NCBI GenBank assembly: GCA_013239625.1
Contig: MU057357.1
Coordinates: forward strand, 6,415,161-6,479,160
Source of the DNA: Lama guanicoe
Lineage: Eukaryota
Direction: 5' to 3'
DNA length: 64,000 bases
This document shows, piece after piece, positions 36,301-47,700 of this stretch. The notes under the pieces are model-generated. The model saw only the letters and a list, made by a program, of their open reading frames with translations, made no database searches and was not told the DNA's origin. The translations under genes and the position numbers were made by a program. The stretch's first letter is position 1. Each line of letters begins with the position of its first letter.

Positions 36301-39300
36301 GCAGGGGTGGGAGTGAGTCAAAAATGGCTTCCTCTGTCTTACTCCAGGAGTGGCCCCAAGTTGATGTTCAGGATAAGAAGAGTTAGGGGCAGGGGCATTC
36401 GGCCTATCGGTCACCACCCACAGGAAGACTGAGAGACACAGGCTAGCATGTGACCAGTCAGCTCAGCCATGCAGGGACTCAAGGATGGGAGAGGGGAGGC
36501 TAGAAGGGAGGCTGGGTCAGCTCTTAGTAGCCATAAGGGGTCACAGGATGGTGCCGGGATGGGAAGGTCAGTGTTGAGAGTTGGCTGGCCCAAAGCTTGC
36601 CTGTAACAGGTACCTGACCAATTATTTATTGAGATGGACTTCGGTCTCTTCCCCCACAGATGGGTGGAGTGTAGAGGGGCTCCTTAGGTTTCCATCAGTA
36701 CCTCTCCCCAGCGTTAGGTCATAGACCCAACAGCCCAGTAGGCCACTAGACCCAGGGGGCTTATGGTAGGCACTGGGCACTGGGTCTCTGCTCACACCTC
36801 TGCTCCATCCAGCCTCCATCAAAGCACACTCACACTGTGCCTTACTAGCAGGCAGGTTCTAGAACAAGGGACCTTCACAATCCTTCACTCAAATTCAACC
36901 TGCTTCCACACCTCCCCGGGGGAAGCCACACCCTCCCTACTGCCTAGCCTCTTCCCAGACCAGGTCTCAGCACCTTCTCTACTCTTCCCGAGGCCTTACC
37001 GAGCTCAGGTGAGGTGGGCCGGGCCCGGCGACCTCTGCCCTGGCTGCGGGCCCCACGGCGGTCCCAGGGCCCCCAAGGACCGTCCTCCTCTGGCCCTCTG
37101 CGCAGCCTCTTCTCGGCTTCAGGCCCCACCCTGTTCTTTTCCAAGGTCTGGGGCACAGCAGCGCCTTCCTGGCCCGGCGTGGCCCAGGGCAGGAAGCGCA
37201 CGGCCTGCGGCGGGGGCTCCCGCTTCCGACCTGGCGGGGCTCTCGTCCTGGTCTCGGGGGGATCGGCGCCGGGGGGCGGCACGGGGCTCCGGCACTCCTG
37301 GATGGCTCTGCTCCGGGTCAGCGGGAACTGGTCCCGGCGCCTAACCTCTTGCTGTGGACCTTCCCCGGGCTCCGTCCTGCCTGCTGGCCCGCGGCTCCGA
37401 GGCCTCCCTGGCTCATCCCCGGGCTTCCCCGCGACGCTCGGAGGGGGCGGCTGGGCGGCTTCGGGGCTCAAGGCCCGCGGGGTCTTGGGNNNNNNNNNNN
37501 NNNNNNNNNNNNNNNNNNNNNNNNNNNNNNNNNNNNNNNNNNNNNNNNNNNNNNNNNNNNNNNNNNNNNNNNNNNNNNNNNNNNNNNNNNNNNNNNNNNN
37601 NNNNNNNNNNNNNNNNNNNNNNNNNNNNNNNNNNNNNNNNNNNNNGTCGGAGGCTGGGCTGCGCTGCCGCGTGCGCTCGTCTAGCGAGGCCGCCTTCTGC
37701 TGGAACAGGCGGCGCCGCTCGGCCACGCTGCCCGCCGGCGCCCGCAGCTCCTCCTGCGAGGCCCCCGGCGTGCCCCACTGCCCGCCGCCCTCGGACTTGG
37801 GCTGNNNNNNNNNNNNNNNNNNNNNNNNNNNNNNNNNNNNNNNNNNNNNNNNNNNNNNNNNNNNNNNNNNNNNNNNNNNNNNNNNNNNNNNNNNNNNNNN
37901 NNNNNNNNNNNNNNNNNNNNNNNNNNNNNNNNNNNNNNNNNNNNNNNNNNNNCCCAGCGCCGACTGGCGGCCCGAGGCCTCGCTCAGGGGCGTCTGGGGC
38001 CGGGACTCCGCCGTGCCCGTTAGCGAGGGCCCCGACGACTTAGACTTTTTCCCTCGCTTGTCTTCGGCGGTGACGTCCTCGGGCGGCACCGGCTCGCGAG
38101 TGCGCCGGTGGGGCGGCGTGGGGATGGCCGTGAGCTGGGCGCTAGGTCCCGGCGGAGGCCGCTTACCCACCCGAGGGGACGGTGGGGGCAACAGCGCGGA
38201 TTTGGAGGGAGGCGGCAGGGCCGGGCGACGAGGGGCTTCGCTGGCCGGCTGAGGCTGAAGGTCAAGCTCCTCCCTATGCAGTCCACTCTGAGGGACGCTG
38301 CTGCAGAACCGAGACGAAGAGGGGTAGAAGATTCAGGGGGGCTCCCTCCTAGACCTTCAGCTCGCGACAGGCATCGGCGGTGGGCATGCTGGGAAGGCTT
38401 GAGTGTGACATGGGCCAGACCCTTCTCCCCCTCCCCCCTAAGAGGAAGGCACAGCCAGAGCAGGTGCTGGGGAGAGGCTGGCGACTCTGGCACCGGAAGA
38501 TTGGGCTGGTGGCTGGGTCCAGGTACAGACTCAGTCCCAGGGGCTCAGGCCAGCCCCCTCCCCCCAGCCCCGGAAGCTGGGAAACAGCAGGAACAGAACT
38601 GAGTGGTGGGAGAGAAAAGAATGAGGCTTAGGACCTGAAGGATGAAGTGGTGAGGGAAGGCGGGAGGATTCGATGGGGAGGGGCCCTCTCAGGAATGCAG
38701 CCTCCCACTCATTCCTGCCCCCAGCTGGCCCCTACAGCCCTGCCCATCCTCAGCAGGACATGCCCTGTTCACTGTGGCCCCCAGAAGAACAGGCACATGC
38801 CTTCCAGGAGCAATGCCCTTATCCTTGGGCTTGCCTAGCACCTCCTCAGACCTGAGCCCCTCACCAGTGCTGCCAGGATGAAGCAGGTGGCAGCCAGGGT
38901 CCCTGGGGTGGGAAACGAAGACACCCAGTTTCCTGTTCCCTTTGATTAGTCTGCCCCTAGTACAGGCCTTTGAATTTGTCTCGCCCCTGGGAAAGTTACC
39001 TTGAGTCCTTGGAAACCCCCCTGAGAAACACAGAGCTCCTCAAAGGAGTAGGCTCAGAAATAACTCAGCTCAGAAATAACTGCTGCGTGGGCCTGGACGG
39101 CGGGTACGGGAAAGGAGGAGGAAGGTGCTGGTCAGCCCAGAGTGCCCTCTCGCCTCCAAAGCTTTGATGCCTACGAGCTGGGCCTCACCTTCCCCCATCC
39201 AGGCCCTTGGTGGTGGGGGGTTCACATCAAATATAGAGGTTAGCAAGAAAAGGAATCTGAGACGTTAGCATCGTACCTGACACATTAGAGGGAGCTTAAT

Positions 39301-42300
39301 AAAAGCTTATGAAATGGCTCGTTGAGTACTTATTGTGTGCCAGGCATGTGCTGAAAGCTTATTGAGTCATTTAATCCTTATGACAATCCTCTGAGGTAGG
39401 AACTGTTATTCTCTCCATTTCCAGATGAAGAAACTGAGGCTTAAAGAGGTGAAGTGCCTTACCAAGGTAACACAGCTAGGAAATGGTTGGTGCTAGGACT
39501 GAAACCCAGGTAGTCTGGCTCGTGAGCCTTTGTTCCCTCCAAAATGTCTGGGATTCTGGAGGTACAAAAGGGAAGAGAAATGGTAGGGTACCAGCCACAA
39601 GCAGAAGTTCTAGGGGTGCCTAAGTCTCAGGATATTTTAGACTACCTGGGTCAGCCACCCACACTGCAAACCTCACCTCTGACTAGGGGGTAGAGGAGGA
39701 GGGAAGATGCAATCCAGAGTGCCCTGAGGGAGCAGAACCTCGGGCAGCCACCTGCAGGGAGGCAGAGTCTACTCTAGGGGAGGGACAACAGTCCCCTAGG
39801 AATGGCCTCTGGGAACTGGGTGAGGCATGGAGAGAAATTGGAGACAGCAGAGGAGGCCTCTTGCCGGCAGTTTCAAGCTCCAGGCCAGCCTCTGTACCAC
39901 AGACATTACTGAGGAAATGGGTTCCTCGGAAGTTGCCATAGCAACTCCAGGCTCCGGCTGGGGCTTGGCAAAGAAAGGCAGGGAAGGAAAAGGCAAGTCC
40001 AGGGCACGGGAGCGCCTGGCTAATGCCAACCAGATAAGACAAGGGAGCCTCCCCTGCGTCTGCCTTGGACCTCTCCCCTGTCTACCACTAGCCACCTCAG
40101 CCAACATCAAAAAGGCTTCCCTACACCAGGCCCCTTTTTTCTCTTCCGTGATGGTACCTCCCCCACACACCCATACCTATCCCCAATCAGGCCCCCCTCA
40201 GCTCCCCAAATGCCCCCCAATACCTCTTTCATCAGCCACTCCCCTCTTCTACTATAGCACTCCCTCTTGTATCCGCCAGCCCCAAACCTCCAAAAATGGC
40301 TCCAATGGCTCACTCCAACACCTCCGCTCCTCACCACCCCCTACCAGGACAACCTTCAACCCCACCCTCGGGCGTTTCCCCCCAAATCCTCACGTGCCCC
40401 CACCTCCATCACTCCAAGCCCTCTGCCTCCACCCGAGCCCCCTGTCCCCATCCCACCTGGCCCCAGTCCCCTGATACTTCACATCCCCCTGCTTTCCCAG
40501 GCCCCTGGCCCCATCTACCCCCTGACCACCTTGCTCTCTTCTGTCTCCTGGTTGNNNNNNNNNNNNNNNNNNNNNNNNNNNNNNNNNNNNNNNNNNNNNN
40601 NNNNNNNNNNNNNNNNNNNNNNNNNNNNNNNNNNNNNNNNNNNNNNNNNNNNNNNNNNNNNNNNNNNNNNNNNNNNNNNNNNNNNNNNNNNNNNCCCCGA
40701 GGGGGGGGGGATCCTGGGGACAACTGGAGCCTGAATGGGTGAGGCAGTAGAGGGCCCCCGGGAGAGTGGAGATCTTGGAGGAAACAGGAAGGGAGAGGGG
40801 GTCCACGAGACCATGGAGATGGCACAGTAAGCCAGGACAGGTGGGAGCAGGAGGATGTAGGTGGTGATGGCACAGGAGGAGGATGGAGCCATGTGGGAGA
40901 TAAAGTGGGTAACTGGGGCCAGGAGTGGAAGCAGTTGGGGGTGGAGAAGTGCACAGAGAGATGGATGATGCTGGGGACGTGGAGGGTAGAGGCTGATGAG
41001 CGGTGAGGGGCAGTGCAGGACAGCATGGTGAGGTAGGACAGAGTGGGCCCAGGTGAGGCCATTANNNNNNNNNNNNNNNNNNNNNNNNNNNNNNNNNNNN
41101 NNNNNNNNNNNNNNNNNNNNNNNNNNNNNNNNNNNNNNNNNNNNNNNNNNNNNNNNNNNNNNNNNNNNNNNNNNNNNNNNNNNNNNNNNNNNNNNNNNNN
41201 NNNNNNNNNNNNNNNNNNNNNNNNNNNNNNNNNNNNNNNNNNNNNNNNNNNNNNNNNNNNNNNNNNNNNNNNNNNNCCCCTGCTGCCCGCTTCCTGCTCC
41301 AGGACCGTCTGCCCGCTGCCCCACCAGCTCACTTGCTCCTCTGAGGTGCCTGTCACGGAGGTCGGGGGTGTGTCCAAGGAGGTGCCCACCAGGGTGTCAG
41401 AGCCCCCTAGAGAAAGGAGCACAGTGAAGCTCGGCAGCTCTTGGGGACAGCTCGCCTGCTGGCTTTGTGAGCGCCCCAGAGAGCTCACCCGTGGGGGTGC
41501 TGAAGGCCCCGTCATCCCGAAGCTCCAGGCGCTGGGTCCCCTGCACATCGCTGATGTCATCCTCACCCGTCTCCGTCTCCGAGTCTGAAGAAGAAGGGGT
41601 CTGTGTGGGCAGGACTCTCCTCCCTCTGACTCCAACGCTTCCCTCTGTCACCTTCTGCCTCCCCCACAGCAGGCTCCATATCGTCACCGGGAAAGCTTCC
41701 AGAACCTAGCTTCTCCCCCTCTTTTGCTCCCCACATCCCTCTGCCTATCCTGGGAGGCTCAGGGTAACCCCTCCCATGCTGGTCCCCTGGCTCCATCTCT
41801 GGGCCCTTGGCTCCTCACCCCTGCCTCCTTGGTAGTGCCCCCAAAGCTACCTAGAGTACACCCTCCCAGCCACTTAATGGATGGCAGGGCCGCAGCCCCT
41901 CTCCATCCTCCCCTGTTGGTGACAGCTTGTGTTCCTGAGCAGCCCCCAAAATCACAAGGTCCTAGGTGCCAAGGCTCTAAGTGCTGGGTTCCAGTACCCC
42001 AGGAACAAAGGGGAGTCACCTCAGAGTCGTACTGTCAGGGCACTCGACCAACCGCAGGACCAGCCTGTCCTCCACCCCAAATCAGCTGGAACACATCCGG
42101 GTGCAGCTGAGGCAGGGTGAGGAGAGGCCAGGTCGGGCAGGGAAGTGGGGGAGTGGANNNNNNNNNNNNNNNNNNNNNNNNNNNNNNNNNNNNNNNNNNN
42201 NNNNNNNNNNNNNNNNNNNNNNNNNNNNNNNNNNNNNNNNNNNNNNNNNNNNNNNNNNNNNNNNNNNNNNNNNNNNNNNNNNNNNNNNNGGGCAGGCAGG

Positions 42301-42518
42301 ACGGAGGGGCCATGAGGCTACCCAGTGCCCAGAGATGCCCTGTGGGGATGGGAGCAAGGGGAGGGAGATACCTGGGATGGGCAAAGCATCTCATTCTCTG
42401 CCTGCCTGCAGGCTCGGCTGGGCCCACCTTTGGGCAGCCCATGTGCTTTGGCAGATTATTCCAACTACCCCAGTGATTCTGGGCCCTTGGCAATTTCACT
42501 GGTGCTCCCACTGGCCAC

Positions 42519-42550
<32 letters not shown>

Positions 42551-44695
42551 CCCTACGTGTACTCAGCCCAGCCATAGACCCATTAGGGGCCAGGCCCACC
42601 CTATAACAACATTTGCAACCTCTCCTTACAACAAACCTCCCTATCTGTTCTGCACCATGATGTGACAAGCACCCTATTTCTGATCCCTTTCTTCTACTGC
42701 TGAATGGTCCTCAAAAATGCCCAGTGGTCAGGCTAGGAGCAAAGTTTTCTAGGCCTATTTTTTAACTTTCCCAGATTCTACCAGGTTCTGTGCCTCAGTT
42801 TCTCTTAATGCCATGACAAGCAGGAGCCATGTACGGGTTGCTGAAGCATGCACTGAACTCATCCCCACCTGGCCCCACAGATGGAGAACAGTAAGCCCAG
42901 GCCCACGATGAGGTGTGCCAGTTGCCCCCCACCCCCATTGCTAGGTCCTCCCTCAACTGCACGACACAAGGAGCCTTCTTGGGTGGGTAGGTGGGTGGGT
43001 GGGCGAATTTGGACATGGGGGGGGTTCCTGCATCTCATGGGCTGTCTTCAAGGCCTGGTGCCTCACAAAGGGACATGGACTAAGAGGAGTGCACGTGGGC
43101 TAGAGCACGGAGCCCACGCTCCACGCACCATGGGTGAGACGGCCAAGGGCCCGGCGGGAGTGGCCAGTTTTCTGAAAGAGAAAAGCCAGAATGAGTTGTT
43201 GAGAGGAAGGCTTGCTCTTGATGCTCTAACGTCCTTATATCTTTGTCCAAACCTCTATATCAAACAGAAAGTCATTCCAGGGGCCAGTGAGGGTGGGGAG
43301 AGTAAAAGAGACCCCGGGCAGCTAGCTTCTCCTACAGGGAATGTCTCCATTCTTCCTTTCCTGTCAGCCCTCCCAGCTGGAGCTCCAGCTTGGCTCTGGC
43401 AAGGAGCAGGGAAAGAGAGAGGAGCAAGGGTCAAATACTGAGACTTGTGACAGACAGAGGACTGGGGACCTGAGCGACACTCCCAGAGATAGAGACTGAC
43501 TGATGTGAAGGAAGAGATGGGGGGGGGGGTGCTTGGATGGCTGGGAGATGGAGGGATAAGGACATAGATTTCTGCTGGGGGAAGGACAGGTACTTGGGAT
43601 AGGTGTCAACAGGGCGGGGAGCGTGATGAGGGGGCGGAGGGCAAAGTCCCCCAAAGGGCCGTAGCCTCGTGAAGGCAGGAAGGAGGCCCGGGTCCGCGGA
43701 GGACGGGGCTTGCGGAATGCATTGAGCCCTGCGCGGATCCCTGCGCGGTGCTTTCAGGAGCTCCGGAAGATGGAAGGCTCCAGAGTGGGGGGCTGGGGAG
43801 AGCCGGGCGGGGGCCCGGGGCTGGACAGAGGCGAGGGGTAGCACGGAAGCCTCCACGCCGAAGGCCACCACAGGGGCTTCCCAGGTGGTCGCGGGGATCG
43901 CGGGAGCTGGGGGGGTTCTGCCCTTGGGCGCGGGGAGGTGCCTGACGCAGGCCGGGAGCCCCCCGGAGCACGCCCGGCCCGCGGCCTCGGCGGCCAGGGT
44001 GGGGCAGGCGCGGCTCCGGCGGCCCCTCCCCGGGCCCAGCTGCGGCGACCCGCCCTCCCNNNNNNNNNNNNNNNNNNNNNNNNNNNNNNNNNNNNNNNNN
44101 NNNNNNNNNNNNNNNNNNNNNNNNNNNNNNNNNNNNNNGGAAGGAGCCTTCGGGCTGCGGGAACCCGGGCGGCGGGAAGGCGGCGGCGGCGGCGGCAGCC
44201 GAGGCGGCCGGAGCCTACCCCTCCCCCGCCAGCCCTCGCCCCCTACCCCAACCCTGGCGCCCCTTCCCTCGCTTGCCCGCCTGCTTCCCCTGGGGCAGCG
44301 ATCGTCGGCCTCGCAGCACCCCCACCCCGCATCTGCCTCCCGGGCCCTAGGCACTTGGGGAAACTGAGGCACAGAAAGGGTTGCAGTGGCCCCTAGGAGA
44401 GTTCGGGCCACTCTCATTGGCTGCCCAACGCGGCATCCACGCCACCCCCACCCGCCTCCCGTGGGGCTGCTCTGGAAGGTCAGCTGCATCTCCACTTGCT
44501 CACTCCACAAACATGCACACTCGTCCGCCGTGCCAGGCCACAGGGCCATGGTGCTGGGTGGGGGACCCAGGTCATACACAGGGCAAAGGTCCTTGTAGTG
44601 ACATGAACCTAGAATACGAAACCCCAGGCTACTCAGGAAAGCCAGAGAGGGTCCTCCAGTTGCCTGATGGTAGGTATTCTGTCTCTGCACTCTGG

Positions 44696-44737
<42 letters not shown>

Positions 44738-47700
44738 CACCTACACACAGCTAAGGTGCCCAGAGGTACCTCTGATATTCACAGATACAACCCACCTCAC
44801 TCACAGGTAAGCACACTCGCCAAACTTTCTTTGTCCTCCTCCCATTCAGTACCAGCCACACTTTGCCTACACAAAACTCAACCCCTCCTCAACAATCATT
44901 ATAACTAAGTTTCCTAACATTTATAAGTGCCAGGCACTTTATAAATGTTGCCTCATTGACAACAACACCATGAGCTTGAAATCCTTATGAACATGTAACT
45001 GACTCCATTTAACTGACAAATGACTGAGGCTCAGAGAAGTCCTATCACGTAGCTGAAGCCATACAGGTTCTGTATCCTTGTGTCCCCAGGTCCAAATTCC
45101 CACCCCAATATGCACAAGTAGTGCCAATCCTAGTTTCTGAGATGTGACTTCTAAGTCATTATCATCAACACTGACAGCATGCTTAGCACGGACAGAGCAA
45201 TGTGCTAAGTACCTTATATGAATAAACTCATTTAACCTGTGCACAAAGGCACAGAGAGGTTACCTGCCCAAGGTCACAGAGTCAATAATTGGGAGAGCCG
45301 GGATTCTAACCCAGGCACTGTTATTTTGTTACTGATCACTATGCCGTAAAGCCTCATGTGCAGTGGTTCCCCTAACTTTATTTCTTTAAAGCATAGGTCC
45401 AAAATAAATACAGAACCCACTGATGAGTTTTGTTCAGCCCATGTAATATTTTAAGTGGGGCAAGTACACTCAAATTCAGCTGCTGACAACAGCACTTCAC
45501 TCATTTTCAGTTTCTACTTGGCCGTTGAAGTTATTTGAGTTTGTGGTCATGTTTTAGGTCATGTCTTATACATTCTGGGTGCCTACAGGCATTCTTGTTA
45601 CCCACATCCCCAGAGGCAGAGGTTGCACCTACAGACACATGCAGACATGGGGATGTGCAACGAGAGGGTACACGTGTGTGTCCATATCAGTGGCAGCTAG
45701 AGGACCCTGGGATGGGTGCTTTCCCTGCCCACCCCCAAACACACCCACTCACAGATGAGGGAGCTGAGTGAGGAGAGTGGGTAACCTGAGCGCCTGTTCT
45801 GCAGGAGAATCCGAGGGGCTGGCACATTCCGTTGCAAAAATAACCAATGGGCAGCGGGCGTGAGTGACGGGACAGCTGGGCCAAGGAGGGGCCCATGAGA
45901 TTCTGTGTTCCTGCTCTGGGCCTGCACTGCTCAGCCACACAGGGCTGGCCTAGAGCATGCTGTCAGGGTGGGCCTCCCCTAGCTGGTCCCAGAATGCCCC
46001 ATTTTTCCTCCAAGGCTAGGCAGCTGGGCTCCCCTGCCATTTCCCCAAACTCAGACTTTCAATTTCTACACCACCAGCATCTCCCCTTGACTAGAGGAAA
46101 CCCAGGTCATCATGCCATGCCTCATCTCACACGGAGACCTTCCTCTGAGCCAGATACCCACACCCCTCTTTTTCCTGCCTTGCTTCAGTTTTCTCTCTTC
46201 CTTCCTCTGCTTACTCTGCTCTGTATTTCTGACATACTATATAATTTTCACATATTTATTGTTTAATGCATATAATCTGTTTCCCTTCACTAGAATGTCA
46301 TCTCTAGCAGGACAGGAATTTCAGTCCCCCACCCCAACTTATAAATCCCAAGCCCCTAGCACAGTGACAGCACACAGTGGGCGTTCGGTACACATGGGAG
46401 GAGGTGACAGAGCTGCCGGTAGAGAGGATGAAGGGTGGTGGGGATGGGGACTGTAAATCTTCCTGGAGCAGCTCATTTTCCAGCCTCCCTCCCTTCTCTG
46501 TCTTGACCCAGGCCCTTATCCAGAAACAGCTGGAGAAGTGACCATCTCGCCTTCCACTCAGGATGTTCCTGGGAGGGCCTGCCTTGGCTTCTGGAGATTC
46601 TCCTGCATGGACCTTGGCTGACTTCGTGGCCTCTCTGTTCTCCCCTCCCAGGGCTCCTCGCTGTTCCAGCTCTGGCCCCTCCTCCTCTCCCTGATTAGCA
46701 CTTGGCATGAATGGATGGGGCCACTTTCCATATCCATTCCCAACTCCATACTCTTTTCCTCCTGGTTTTTCATGCAGACATTCCCCATGCCAGGTGAAAA
46801 AGACGGTAAGTATAAAATGCACACAGTTCCTGGTGTATTGCCCATATTTCCATCGCTAAATTGGCCTTCTCTCCTCTCTAATCTCTCCTCTCCATGCCTT
46901 CAAGCCCCTTGCATGGTTCACTACCATCTGCTGACCTTTGGCTCTTCAAGTTGGCACCAGGGTCTTCCAGACCCTGGCTATGAAACTTCCAACTGCCAAA
47001 CACAGTAAGCATCGTCAGTCTGAACCTTCTCTTGACTGTGCCCCCGCCTCCCTACACCCTGCCTTTCAGTACAGGCCTCCCCCTGCAGCCACACCATGCC
47101 CCAAACTATGAGGGTGGCCCTTGCTCTGGTCACTTGATTGGCACATGGCTCCTTAGCCCATGCAAGTGGGAGCCTGATGTTTTGAGAGAGAAGAATGCCT
47201 GCCTATCTTGGAGACTGGGCCTGAAGATGACTTTGGGGATACTGATAGAAGGATGATTATGATGACAGATCCTTGCCTCAGTGTCCCCACACTTCTCTTT
47301 CTGAGGACAAGCACTGTGAACTTAGACCCAGAGACCAGGCTTTGAAATCTGCTTCTGCCACCTCACTAGTCATGTGACCTTAGGTAAATTCCCTCTTTGA
47401 ATCCCAGTTTTTTTATACATATGATGGTCAGTAACCTGGGGCTTAAAAGATTAAATACAAAAATGAGACAGGTTGCTTTCCATTTTAAAAGTATCCTGCA
47501 TCTCTGCCGTCTTCACTATTCCTGTTCTTTCCTCATTTCTACACCCCAAATCCTACCCTCCTATTTCCCATCCTCCAAACTCTCCAGCCTGCGGCCCACT
47601 TGCCTTTTCAAGGCCCCAGCCCCCTCTAGCCATGCCAGTATCCCTCTATCCTGAGTTAACATCCCAGGCTTCAGGAGTGCCAGGAACCTTAGCATTACCC

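Noticed and set aside
37014-38252. 412-aa plus-strand ORF
   Set aside because: It is antisense to exon 4 and inflated by N gaps.
43431-44732. 433-aa minus-strand ORF
   Set aside because: It starts in a (TG)n microsatellite and crosses a gap and a CpG island; it is not protein-like.
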